Below are positions 28,004 through 37,536 of a stretch of DNA of 63,538 nucleotides, one piece after another; position 1 is the first letter of the stretch, and every line of letters begins with the position of its first letter. The notes beneath the pieces were generated by a model. The model worked only from the letters and a program-made list of their open reading frames with translations, was not told where the DNA came from and made no database searches. The stretch spans positions 1 to 63,538 of the forward strand of contig CAYZOC010000001.1 in NCBI GenBank assembly GCA_964480275.1, written 5' to 3'. Source of the stretch: an uncultured Staphylococcaceae bacterium. GTDB lineage: Bacteria > Bacillota_I > Bacilli_A > RFN20 > CAG-826. Made by a program: the position numbers and the translations under genes.

Positions 28004-28681
28004 CTAGTTAGCAAAAGCGGAAAGATAACTATTAATCATAATCAGAATATTTAAAAGTATTAACACCCACTCTGTGAGGGCAAGCACAAAAAGTTTTGGT
28101 CTAAGGACTATAATCGTACCGTCTTGTTGTTCATACTTATCCATCATTGACCAGCGTGAAAGTTTAGGATTCACTGCTAGTAAGAGGGCAATAAATGCGA
28201 GCCCATAACTAATAATCGATGGAACCGGTGATTGAATTAATGCGGGCGAACGTTGAAGATATAACCCCATCATCACCCCGTTTATTATCGTCAAAATAAA
28301 TAAAAGCGAACTAACAAGCAAATGACGCTTAACCGAAGCAAATTTTGTGATAAAAATCAGATATATCACAAACGAAGTTGCGGTCCAGCTAATTAAAAAT
28401 GTCAGACCAGAAAAGTCTGCTAAAGGGTAGGCGATCCGGTAGAAACCAAAAATAACGGTAGAAATAGTAAAAAACAAAACAAGAATATGAATATATATAT
28501 TGTTATTTGCGCCGACACCCTGTGTGAGTTCAAATGGGAATTGATTGCGGAAAGAATAATTGTGATTTTGCTTGAGCCGATAGCTGTTTATAGCAAAAAT
28601 TAGCATCACAACTATAGCAACAATACTAGCTAATAGTGAAGCTGTTACAATTGTTTCATTCATAATCAGAAAATTAATCAT
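28004..28681 (-). CDS. hypothetical polytopic membrane protein
   Basis: 225 aa with about six hydrophobic helices and no recognisable motif. Overlaps the end of rpe by 8 nt. Confidence 0.5.
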   Translation of the reverse strand: MINFLIMNETIVTASLLASIVAIVVMLIFAINSYRLKQNHNYSFRNQFPFELTQGVGANNNIYIHILVLFFTISTVIFGFYRIAYPLADFSGLTFLISWTATSFVIYLIFITKFASVKRHLLVSSLLFILTIINGVMMGLYLQRSPALIQSPVPSIISYGLAFIALLLAVNPKLSRWSMMDKYEQQDGTIIVLRPKLFVLALTEWVLILLNILIMINSYLSAFAN

Positions 28682-29336
28682 TTAACAAATCCGCCATCCG
28701 TTTTTTAATTGCTCGTGATGAGAATAAATAACTACCTGCGACAAGAATGTCTACACCTGCTTCACGAGCTTTGGCAGCTGTTTCCTTATTGATGCCGCCA
28801 TCGATTTCAATTAATGTTTTCAAGTTATGATCATCAATATAGCGCCGGAGCATTTTTACTTTATCAAGTGAAGAAGCAATAAAACCTTGGCCACCAAACC
28901 CTGGTTCAACACTCATAACTAACACTAAATGTAGTTGCTTAATAAAGGGGAACAATACATCAACCTTTGTGTTAGGACGAATAGTCATTCCCGGTTTTGC
29001 TCCCGCTTTAGTAATCATATCTAGCGCGAGAAATCTTTCCTCATCGCTGACAAAAGATTCATAGTGAACAGTAATAATATCTGCGCCATTTTCGGCAAAA
29101 GCATCGATATATTTGATTGGGTCTTGAATCATTAAGTGAACATCATTAACTAAAGGATATTTACCCTTTAGTGATTTTAAAACCGGGAGACCAAAAGAAA
29201 TATTTGGAACAAATTGTCCATCCATCACATCAAAGTGCAAATAAGTTGCGCCACCAGCAATGATTTTTTTAATCTCGCGATCAAGGTGTTTAAAGTCCGC
29301 CGCTAGTAATGACGGAGCAAGAATTACTTTCCCCAT
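28674..29336 (-). CDS. rpe: ribulose-phosphate 3-epimerase
   Basis: Contains APSLLAADF, HFDVMDG, HLM and VMSVEPGFGGQ. Confidence 0.95.
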   Translation of the reverse strand: MGKVILAPSLLAADFKHLDREIKKIIAGGATYLHFDVMDGQFVPNISFGLPVLKSLKGKYPLVNDVHLMIQDPIKYIDAFAENGADIITVHYESFVSDEERFLALDMITKAGAKPGMTIRPNTKVDVLFPFIKQLHLVLVMSVEPGFGGQGFIASSLDKVKMLRRYIDDHNLKTLIEIDGGINKETAAKAREAGVDILVAGSYLFSSRAIKKRMADLLND

Positions 29337-29337
29337 A

Positions 29338-30204
29338 TCAATAGTCCTCTCTTTTACTAGTTAACTCATCACTTATTTTAACATAATTGTCGTAACTTTC
29401 CTGTTTAATAAGTCCTTGGACCACTGCCTGCTTAATTTGACAGTGATGTTCACTCAAATGTAAGCAATCATTAAAGTAACATTTGCCTAAATATGGGGCA
29501 AATCCTGGATAATTTTCCGCTAATTCACTCTTGATCATCGGTAACTCAAAACTTGAAAAGCCAGGAGTGTCGACAATGTAACCTAATTTTGTTTTCAACA
29601 TAATAATTTCTTTAGTTGTGTGGCGGCCACGACCTAAATGCGATGAATACTCACCAACTTCACGATCAAAATCTACAAATAAGTGATTAATTAGCGTTGA
29701 TTTACCAACTCCCGTTTGACCCATTAGTGCTGTCTTTTTATTTTTAATTATTGCCTGGATTGGGGCAAGATCAGCAGGGGCAAACGAAGAAACAATAAAA
29801 TACTTAACGCCAAGAAATAATAGTAAGTCCTCAACTTTTTTAATGGTGGCGCTCGTATCAACTTTATCTCTTTTTGTTAAAACCAAAATAGGCTGAACAT
29901 TAGCAAAATGCGTGTAGGCCAGAAATTTTTCCACGAGTAACAGTGAAAATTCAGGTTCCACTAGTGACATAACGACGAGTACTTGATCGATATTAGCCAC
30001 GGGCGGTCTGATCAAAAAGTTGCTTCGTTGAATTATCTTTGTAATTTGTCGACTGTTACTATCAATTTCAACAAAGTCGCCGACATAAATCGGTGTTTTA
30101 GTGCGAATAAAATCAACAGCAGCTTGAAAAACAATTTTATCTCCATCTACTTCTAATAAATATCGCGTTTTTTGTTTACCAACAACAAGAAATTGTTTAT
30201 TCAT
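29338..30204 (-). CDS. rsgA: ribosome small-subunit-dependent GTPase A
   Basis: Contains LTKRDK, GQTGVGKSTLIN and a C-terminal Zn-knuckle (C..C.H..E..C). I prefer ATG 30204, which overlaps the kinase stop (ATGAATAA). An upstream TTG at 30216 is an alternative start. Confidence 0.9.
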   Translation of the reverse strand: MNKQFLVVGKQKTRYLLEVDGDKIVFQAAVDFIRTKTPIYVGDFVEIDSNSRQITKIIQRSNFLIRPPVANIDQVLVVMSLVEPEFSLLLVEKFLAYTHFANVQPILVLTKRDKVDTSATIKKVEDLLLFLGVKYFIVSSFAPADLAPIQAIIKNKKTALMGQTGVGKSTLINHLFVDFDREVGEYSSHLGRGRHTTKEIIMLKTKLGYIVDTPGFSSFELPMIKSELAENYPGFAPYLGKCYFNDCLHLSEHHCQIKQAVVQGLIKQESYDNYVKISDELTSKREDY

Positions 30205-31087
30205 TAGCAAAGCCAAACCACCGGACCCAAATTGATTCTCTAGGTTTCAATAAGTGACTATTTTCTTTTAAATTATGAAGAGCTTTTTGTAGTTCGTCGA
30301 CAGTTTTATAACGATCTTTAGGACGTTTTTTTACGGCTTTTTGGATTATTTTTTCAAGCGCTTTAGGGAAACTATTAATATATTTTCTCGGGCTAGGTAG
30401 CGGATCTTTAATCTGTTTGATGGCAACATCGACAACTGTTTCACCATCAAAGGGTAGCCGTCCAGTTACAAGTTGATATAAAGTGATGCCAAGTGAATAA
30501 ATATCACTTTGAAAACTTGCCTTTTCCCCTTGACAAATTTCAGGAGCAAGGTAGTGAGCACTACCTAAAATGCTAGAATCTTGCGAAACCTTCCGGGCCG
30601 CAGATTGATTGAATTCTGCAATTCCAAAGTCGCCAAGTTTGACGACTCCGTCACTACTTATATAAATATTACTAGGCTTGATATCGCGATGAATAACATT
30701 ACGACTATGAGCCAACTTAACCGCGAGGCAAAGTTGATCAAGAATATCAATCGCCTCAAGATATGTAAAACGAGTTCGCGAATCTAGTTCCTGGTCAAGT
30801 GTCTTACCGGTGACAAGTTCTGTAACCATATAATGCAGTTCTTGGGTCTTTCCAACGTTTAAAATTGAGACAACATTTTGATTGGATAGTGTTGCCATTG
30901 CCCGTGCTTCGTGTTCAAATCGTGCAAGATTATCACGATCTTTTGCCACTTCAGGCTTTAAAAACTTGATGGCAACTCTTCGCTTAGTAATCGTGTCGAG
31001 AGCTTCATAGACTGCGCCCATTCCACCCTCACCTAAAAGTGCGATAAGGCGGTATCTTTCATCAATTTGATCACCAATACTAATCAC
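30197..31087 (-). CDS. prkC: Hanks-type Ser/Thr protein kinase, catalytic domain only (no TM or PASTA domains)
   Basis: Contains GEGGMGAVYEA, VAIK, HRDIKPSN, DFG and APE. The likely GTG start at 31087 overlaps the PP2C stop (GTGATTAG). The ORF ends about 25 aa after the kinase domain. Confidence 0.85.
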   Translation of the reverse strand: MISIGDQIDERYRLIALLGEGGMGAVYEALDTITKRRVAIKFLKPEVAKDRDNLARFEHEARAMATLSNQNVVSILNVGKTQELHYMVTELVTGKTLDQELDSRTRFTYLEAIDILDQLCLAVKLAHSRNVIHRDIKPSNIYISSDGVVKLGDFGIAEFNQSAARKVSQDSSILGSAHYLAPEICQGEKASFQSDIYSLGITLYQLVTGRLPFDGETVVDVAIKQIKDPLPSPRKYINSFPKALEKIIQKAVKKRPKDRYKTVDELQKALHNLKENSHLLKPRESIWVRWFGFANE

Positions 31088-31829
31088 AACTTGGCTCCCA
31101 AATAGCAACAGCAATATTATCTTCACCACCACGGTTGTTGGCTAATGAAATAAGCATTTGCCCTTTTTGTTCACTCGTATCCTCTGTTGCTAATATTGTT
31201 TCAATATCACGAACTTCAAGTGAATTATATAATCCATCTGAGCATAGAAAAATCTTTTCACTATTATATTTAAACTTCAAAAATTCCATATTACATGAAG
31301 GAATACTACCAAGAGCGTTAAGCAAAACATGACGTTTAGGATGGGTCTTGGCTGCCTCTTGTGTTATTTGTTTAGTATTAACAAGATACTGGACATACGA
31401 TTGATCATCACTTAGTTGAGTTAAATTACCATTATATGAATAAGCTCTTGAATCACCAATATTCAAAACAACGAGCCGATTATTATGAATAAGCGCGGCA
31501 ACTAGTGTTGTTCCCATATTCTTAAGTTCAGGATCGGTCTGACTTTCTTGAAATATTACACGATTAGCCTCTTTAACTGCTCGCCGAAAAAACCTAATGA
31601 TCGATGATGAAAGGAAAAATTTAGGATGATTTTTAAAGCGCTCTACAAGAATATCGACGGCTACTTTAGCAGCATAGTCCCCTTTTTTATAACCACCCAT
31701 TCCATCGGCTACTACAAGGAGGACGTCGTTATTTGCATTAATGATAACACTTGCAACATCTTCGTTATGAACCCGGACAAGCCCTCTATTTGCACTGGCA
31801 AAAAATGTACCATTACGCGTTTTTTTCAT
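31080..31829 (-). CDS. prpC: PP2C-family Ser/Thr phosphatase (Stp/PrpC)
   Basis: Contains RVHNED, VADGMGG, LCSDGL and GGEDNI. I place the start at ATG 31829 (MKKTRNG...), which overlaps the end of rlmN. Confidence 0.9.
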   Translation of the reverse strand: MKKTRNGTFFASANRGLVRVHNEDVASVIINANNDVLLVVADGMGGYKKGDYAAKVAVDILVERFKNHPKFFLSSSIIRFFRRAVKEANRVIFQESQTDPELKNMGTTLVAALIHNNRLVVLNIGDSRAYSYNGNLTQLSDDQSYVQYLVNTKQITQEAAKTHPKRHVLLNALGSIPSCNMEFLKFKYNSEKIFLCSDGLYNSLEVRDIETILATEDTSEQKGQMLISLANNRGGEDNIAVAIWEPSCD

Positions 31830-32865
31830 GTTCTTTTTTGGCACGAAGTTGTCCACAAGCGGCATCAATATCGCTACCAAACTCCTTTCTCAGAGTTGTG
31901 TTAACACCATTTTGTTTCAAATAATCAAAAAAGGCACGTTGATGAGCTGGTCGACTTCTTTTGAAACCATGCTCATCGACAGGATTATAAGGGATTAGAT
32001 TGATATAGGCAAGCATGTCACCAACTAGGTCAATAAGTGCTCTAGCATCTTCAATTCCATCATTAACATCATCAATTAGAATATATTCAAAAGTAACGCG
32101 TTTATTGGTTACTTGTTCATAATAGCGAGCAGCCTCAATTAATTCTTTAATTGGATAGCGGGCATTAATTGGCATAATTAAATTACGCTTCTCATCAGTA
32201 GCGGCATGTAAAGAAATCGCAAGTTTAATTTGGATGCCCTCATGAGCAAATTGGCGAATTCGTGGGACAATGCCACAGGTCGAAACTGTAATATGACGGG
32301 CGCCAATTGCTAAAGCCTTGGGATGATTAATGATTCTAATAAAGTTCATGACATTGTCATAGTTATCGAAAGGCTCACCTATCCCCATGACAACGACGTG
32401 ACTGACACGTGCTCCCTTGTCTTCTTGTTTGAGAATTTGATCGACAACATAAACTTGTCCAAGCATTTCCCCACTTGTTAGGTCGCGTTTTTTCTTTAAT
32501 AATCCTGATGCACAAAACTTGCATCCCATATTACAACCGACTTGGCTGGTCACACAAACAGAATTCCCATAGCGGTAGCGCATTAAGACTGTTTCGACCA
32601 GCGCACCATCAGTCAGTTCAAACAAAATCTTAATTGTTCCATCATTACTATCTTGGCGACTATGTATTCTTGGTAGTTCAAAAACAAACTTCTCTTCTAA
32701 AAGAGCAATCGATTTTTTACTTATATCGGTCATTTCCTGGAAGTTTAAAGTGTTTTTCTCATAAATCCAGGAGTATAGTTGGGTTGCACGGAATTTTTTT
32801 TCACCTAAGCCAACAAGAATTTCGCTTAGCTGTTCATGAGTGTAGTTTAAAATATTTGTTTTCAT
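31813..32865 (-). CDS. rlmN: 23S rRNA/tRNA (adenine-C2)-methyltransferase, radical SAM enzyme RlmN
   Basis: Contains the CNMGCKFC radical-SAM motif, GIGEP and a C-terminal ACGQL. Confidence 0.93.
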   Translation of the reverse strand: MKTNILNYTHEQLSEILVGLGEKKFRATQLYSWIYEKNTLNFQEMTDISKKSIALLEEKFVFELPRIHSRQDSNDGTIKILFELTDGALVETVLMRYRYGNSVCVTSQVGCNMGCKFCASGLLKKKRDLTSGEMLGQVYVVDQILKQEDKGARVSHVVVMGIGEPFDNYDNVMNFIRIINHPKALAIGARHITVSTCGIVPRIRQFAHEGIQIKLAISLHAATDEKRNLIMPINARYPIKELIEAARYYEQVTNKRVTFEYILIDDVNDGIEDARALIDLVGDMLAYINLIPYNPVDEHGFKRSRPAHQRAFFDYLKQNGVNTTLRKEFGSDIDAACGQLRAKKEHEKNA

Positions 32866-34103
32866 TCATTTGTTTTCTTTCTAAAAATAGCGTAATAGGC
32901 GATTGTTTGTTCTTTGTGATATGGCATATATTGCCGCTCATACTCAAGGACAAAGTCAGGATGATTTGCAATAAACGTTTGTGTAACATCAACAGTTTCA
33001 TTTCTAAGTAGTGAACCAACTTTAATAACAAGCAAGCCATTATTTGTGACGCGTTTTTGATATTCATCAAGTAATGACAGGATTTTTTGTTGGTGATCAA
33101 TTGTCATATCAAAGTTAATAAAGAAGTCAGGACGAGCTTTGATTTGTTCTAAATTCGACGAACTCGGCGTCACGTAAACTAAATCAAAATCACTAGGATG
33201 TTCGGCCCGATCGCTAGTAGCAGCAGTTACATTTGTGAGTTCAAACATCTTGATGACGCTATTAACAACGTGATAACGATGTTTATCATTGACTTCCACT
33301 TCGATTTTCAGCTCCGGATTTAGTTTTGCTAAATCAATCACCATCGATGTTTTTTCTTCTTCTTTAATTAAAACCTTTGTTGGATTAAAGGCGAGTAGTT
33401 GCTCACTGATAACTAGATCAGTAATCGGCATTGTATAAAATACACAATCTTTATAAGTTTGTAGCGTCTTAATTGATTGTTTGCCCTCATAAACAAAGGC
33501 ATTCATTAGCGCGATTTGTTTAAAGTCTTTGTTTTCTAAGAAAAACTTTTCGTCAGTTATCTTGTTTAGATTGATTCGACCGTGAATTTGATAAACGTTA
33601 CTAAATTTATCAAGAAATCTTTGTGCTTTATTAAATCCTAAATCTTCAATCAAACGCTCGACAAAATCTAGTGGAAAATTGTAACGAAGCGAGAGTGCAA
33701 ATGAAGTGCGGAAATCTAATTGCTCGGGAAATAGACTTTTGACTGTTCCTTCGATTAATTCTGAGGAGCTAATCTTTTCCTTGTCAACTTCATTTTCAAT
33801 CAGCGTCAACAAGTCCTCTTTTTCCACTTGCAAAATCTTAAGGAAGTATAAGTTACAAAGAAAAACTGTCACAATACTTTGATTGAGTGGTTGAAGTTCA
33901 TCAAGACCATGCTGGACGAGTGTAAAGCGTGTGACTTCATTTTTATGTAGTGCACAACTAACAAAGGTCCGGACTTGTCGTTTTGCTTGATAGTCCAAAT
34001 CTATGTATTCTTTACCACGTAGTTGCTTGGAAAAATCAGCAAAACTAATTGCTCCATGCTTGATGTCGTTAAGCGCCTTTGCGGCCAACAAGATAGTTTT
34101 CAT
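32862..34103 (-). CDS. RsmB/Sun-like protein with degenerate methyltransferase motifs
   Basis: It occupies the rsmB slot upstream of rlmN with a 4-nt overlap. The C-terminal half aligns by eye to the RsmB MTase fold, but DAPCSG reads VTPSSS, YSTCS reads IKVGSL, and the CAAPGGKT SAM loop is absent. Confidence 0.55.
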   Translation of the reverse strand: MKTILLAAKALNDIKHGAISFADFSKQLRGKEYIDLDYQAKRQVRTFVSCALHKNEVTRFTLVQHGLDELQPLNQSIVTVFLCNLYFLKILQVEKEDLLTLIENEVDKEKISSSELIEGTVKSLFPEQLDFRTSFALSLRYNFPLDFVERLIEDLGFNKAQRFLDKFSNVYQIHGRINLNKITDEKFFLENKDFKQIALMNAFVYEGKQSIKTLQTYKDCVFYTMPITDLVISEQLLAFNPTKVLIKEEEKTSMVIDLAKLNPELKIEVEVNDKHRYHVVNSVIKMFELTNVTAATSDRAEHPSDFDLVYVTPSSSNLEQIKARPDFFINFDMTIDHQQKILSLLDEYQKRVTNNGLLVIKVGSLLRNETVDVTQTFIANHPDFVLEYERQYMPYHKEQTIAYYAIFRKKTNE

Positions 34104-34153
34104 ATTATACCCCTTAGTGTTATTTTAACACTATTAAAAGCATTACAAAAAGA

Positions 34154-34642
34154 CTAATTGTATTCATCTTCGTGGTGGTGATGATGATGGTGATCATCTT
34201 CATCTTCTAGATTATGACCACTTTCACGAGCACGTTCTTCAAACTCACCAAAAATATCGCCAGTATATGGGTCGATTTCTTCATCAACTGCCTTTTCATC
34301 ATCAACGATAAACGGTGGATAATCCTTGTTTTCTAACTTAAAGAAACTAGAATCATCAATATAATGAAAAACTAGTCTAATGTTGACAATTTCAACAGTA
34401 AAATAAGAGATAAGTGCGTGTGCAAGATCACTTTCAATTGCCTTATATTTAGGACTAATTGTAACTTCAAGAATTGCCTGCCAACTCGTTTGCTCAACTC
34501 CATCATGGTAGATGTATTCATCAGGAGCAATGACAAGAAATTCCTCATCAATTTCAAAACGATCTTTGACAATAGGAAGATATTTTTTGGAATAAGCACC
34601 GGCGACATATGGGTCGACGCCATAACATTTAATAATAATCAT
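34154..34642 (-). CDS. hypothetical protein with an acidic, His-rich C-terminal tail
   Basis: Start at ATG 34642, 8 nt after AGAGG. The C-terminus reads NLEDEDDHHHHHHHEDEYN. No family could be assigned with confidence. Confidence 0.5.
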   Translation of the reverse strand: MIIIKCYGVDPYVAGAYSKKYLPIVKDRFEIDEEFLVIAPDEYIYHDGVEQTSWQAILEVTISPKYKAIESDLAHALISYFTVEIVNIRLVFHYIDDSSFFKLENKDYPPFIVDDEKAVDEEIDPYTGDIFGEFEERARESGHNLEDEDDHHHHHHHEDEYN

Positions 34643-34666
34643 ATTTGACACCTCTATTTGATTATA

Positions 34667-36859
34667 TCAAATATCATAGGGCTCAATATTTATTTTTACT
34701 CGGAATTGCGAATTTTCCATGATTGGGTGTAAAACTTTTAATAATTTAGGTTTAATTCGGAAATAGTTACTATACTTAACGATTAAATTGCGTTCATGCC
34801 GGTTTTTTATTACTTGGAAAAGCGGAATTGATGGTCCAATAATAACTGCATCAGCACCTAGTACTTCCTCTAAATTATTCTTTAGCGTAATCGTTGTTTC
34901 TTCAACCCGGTCTTCATCACGACTGCTCAAAGAAATTTGTAGCAAATAAGTAAAGGGTGGCATTTTTGCTAAGCGGCGATAGTGCATTTCTGTTTGATAA
35001 AAACTCTGATAGTTTTGTTGACTGGCACTCGTGATAGCATAATGTTCTTTTAAGGTAGTTTGGATGATTGCACGACCAACTTTTTCCGCGCGGCCAGAGC
35101 GACCAATTGCTTGCATAATTAATTGAAAGGTCGTCTCACTTGCGCGAAAACTTGGAATAGCTAAACCGCTATCGGCGTTGATAACACCAACAAGCGTAAC
35201 ATTAGGAAAATCATGGCCTTTGGCAATCATTTGTGTGCCAATTAAAATATCGGCTTCATGCCGTGAAAACTTACCGAGGATTTTTGTCATGTTTGTATGT
35301 TTTTTAGTAATATCACTATCTAGGCGGAGAATTTTGGCGGTGGGAAAAAGTTTTTGTACTTGCTCAACAGCACGCTCAGTTCCAAAGCCACTGATAGATA
35401 AGTGTGGAGAGTGACATTCCGGACATTCAGTGATCATATCTTCTTTGTGTCCACAGTGGTGACATAGAAGATTCTTTTCAGCTTGATGATAAGTAAGTGT
35501 AATGCCACACTCAGGACAGCGGGCCACATAACGACAATTACGACAACTTACATAACTTGCATAGCCACGGCGGTTGACCAACAAAATTGCTTGTTCCTTC
35601 TTTTCTAGCGTCTCCGTCAATGCTTCGAGCAATACTTTTGAAAAATATACTGAACGTTTCGAAACATTTCGATAGTCTAGCATATCAATTATTTTTGTGT
35701 GTGGTAGCGCCTTTTTATTAATTCTATCATGTAAAAACACATGACCATAAATGCCTTTTAAGGCTCTTGCCCTAGTTTCTAAGCTTGGCGTCGCACTACC
35801 AAAAACGATTTTTGCGTTATATGTTTTAGCTCGCATTTCCGCAACGGCTAGAGCGTGATAAAAAGGGCTCGTCTCCTGCTTATAAGTAGCACTATGTTCT
35901 TCATCAACTACAATTAATCCAATATTTGTCAGTGGAGCAAAAATTGCACTACGGGCCCCAACAACTATCCGGACGTCACCACTTGCAATCCGTCGATACT
36001 CATCATATTTCTCACCATTAGTTAATTCACTATGAAATAGCGCTACTTTTGCATCAAATCGTTTAATAAAATGACCGATCATCATCGGTGTCAACGCTAT
36101 TTCTGGAACTAAAAATAAGACATTTTTTCCCTCTTGTAAGGTCTTTTCCGCTAGTTTTAAATATACTTCAGTTTTACCACTACCTGTAACACCTTCGAGT
36201 AAATAACTAGTTTGATCACCATAGTAGATAGCGTTAATGGCGTTAGTTTGTTCAAGCGTAAGTTTTGGTGCCTTTTCATCAATAAAACTTGGAAGCTTGA
36301 GGCGGTTTTTCTCGACCTTTAATAGGGAAAAATAGCCTAGATCAAGTAATTTTTTACATATCGAGCTACTAAGCAACTTTTTTAGAACTTGCTTGTTTTC
36401 TAAAACCTGAAAATATACTTCCCTTTGGCGCTTACTTAGACTCTCAAGGTCAGGTGATTTATTGCTAACTTTTACATATGTATCATAAATGATACTTGCA
36501 TTTTTAACACCAGATTTTAAAGGTCTTAACGCAGGCGGTAGCATCGCATGAAGAACACTAATTTTAGGGGCAATATAATAGGAGGAAACTTGTTCGGATA
36601 AATCAATAAGTTCCTGATTTAAAATAGGCATTTCATCAATGATTTCACTGATGTACTTTAATTCATAGCCATAATCTTCTTCAAGCTCTTGTTTGGTCTT
36701 GTCGCTTGTTTTTAGATCAACAACATAGCCAACGATAAGCTGATTATTAAATTCAATAAAAACGCGGACCCCAATGTTGATTTTATCTTTACACAAATAT
36801 GAAAAAGGGCGATTTAAACTAAATACTGGATGTTGAATTAACACTTCAACAATATTCAA
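34667..36859 (-). CDS. priA: primosomal protein N' (replication restart helicase PriA)
   Basis: Contains GVTGSGKTEVY, DEEH and a Cys-rich Zn-binding insert (CRNCRYVARCPECGITLTYH...CHHCGH...CPEC). Confidence 0.93.
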   Translation of the reverse strand: MNIVEVLIQHPVFSLNRPFSYLCKDKINIGVRVFIEFNNQLIVGYVVDLKTSDKTKQELEEDYGYELKYISEIIDEMPILNQELIDLSEQVSSYYIAPKISVLHAMLPPALRPLKSGVKNASIIYDTYVKVSNKSPDLESLSKRQREVYFQVLENKQVLKKLLSSSICKKLLDLGYFSLLKVEKNRLKLPSFIDEKAPKLTLEQTNAINAIYYGDQTSYLLEGVTGSGKTEVYLKLAEKTLQEGKNVLFLVPEIALTPMMIGHFIKRFDAKVALFHSELTNGEKYDEYRRIASGDVRIVVGARSAIFAPLTNIGLIVVDEEHSATYKQETSPFYHALAVAEMRAKTYNAKIVFGSATPSLETRARALKGIYGHVFLHDRINKKALPHTKIIDMLDYRNVSKRSVYFSKVLLEALTETLEKKEQAILLVNRRGYASYVSCRNCRYVARCPECGITLTYHQAEKNLLCHHCGHKEDMITECPECHSPHLSISGFGTERAVEQVQKLFPTAKILRLDSDITKKHTNMTKILGKFSRHEADILIGTQMIAKGHDFPNVTLVGVINADSGLAIPSFRASETTFQLIMQAIGRSGRAEKVGRAIIQTTLKEHYAITSASQQNYQSFYQTEMHYRRLAKMPPFTYLLQISLSSRDEDRVEETTITLKNNLEEVLGADAVIIGPSIPLFQVIKNRHERNLIVKYSNYFRIKPKLLKVLHPIMENSQFRVKINIEPYDI

Positions 36860-36878
36860 TTAAGTCACCCCCTCTTTA

Positions 36879-37448
36879 CTATTTCATTCTTTTGAGAATT
36901 ATTTGTTTAATCTCATTAGCAGCGCGATCTAAATCATCATTAACAATGCGGTAGTCATATTCATATTGACGCGATAATTCCATTTTTGCTCTCGCTAATC
37001 TTTGTTGGATTTTTTCTTCACTTTCTGTCTTACGACCACGAATGCGAGCTTCTAACTCTTCAATACTTGGTGGGAGAATAAATAGGGAAAAAGCACGATT
37101 GCTCCTCATTTTTTCCATCAATTGTCGGGCTCCATCAACTTCTATTTCGATGAAGACATTTTTGCCTTGTGCTAATAAGTCCTCGACGTATTGACGTGGT
37201 GTTCCATAATAGTTATCGACAAATTTAGCATATTCCAATAATTTACCATCTTGAATATATTGCTCAAATGTTGTTTGATCGACAAAGAAATAGTCAACGC
37301 CATCCTTTTCCGCTCCACGCGGCGCGCGAGTTGTCATCGAAATAGAATATGACATGTTGAGCGTAGGGTCTGTAATTATTTTTTCACGCAAAGAGCCCTT
37401 ACCAACACCAGAAGGACCACTCATAACGATTAATAAACCTTTTTTCAT
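36879..37448 (-). CDS. gmk: guanylate kinase
   Basis: Contains SGPSGVGKGS, TTRAPRGAEKDGVDYFF and the expected C-terminal region. Confidence 0.95.
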   Translation of the reverse strand: MKKGLLIVMSGPSGVGKGSLREKIITDPTLNMSYSISMTTRAPRGAEKDGVDYFFVDQTTFEQYIQDGKLLEYAKFVDNYYGTPRQYVEDLLAQGKNVFIEIEVDGARQLMEKMRSNRAFSLFILPPSIEELEARIRGRKTESEEKIQQRLARAKMELSRQYEYDYRIVNDDLDRAANEIKQIILKRMK

Positions 37449-37536
37449 AAAATCACCAGCTTCTATATTATGTAGCTAAATATAAATATTATTATACATA
37501 TAAACTTGCGATATTTTAAGGTAAAATAATAGCAAG

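Noticed and set aside
30197-31829. The kinase/phosphatase pair as a defence or toxin-antitoxin-like module
   Set aside because: It is the conserved housekeeping prpC-prkC pair embedded in the rlmN...rsgA-rpe operon.
32634-33011. 125-aa plus-strand ORF spanning the rlmN/rsmB-like junction, plus the 88-aa minus-strand alternative-frame ORF at 32834-33100
   Set aside because: They overlap two well-supported genes and have no RBS and no recognisable motifs.
34163-34200. The HHHHHHH tract as an engineered His-tag or vector contamination
   Set aside because: The tract is embedded in native acidic sequence (EDEDD-H7-EDEYN). It uses mixed CAT/CAC codons and has no linker, protease site or vector-like flanks. 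The surrounding genes are in natural operon context.
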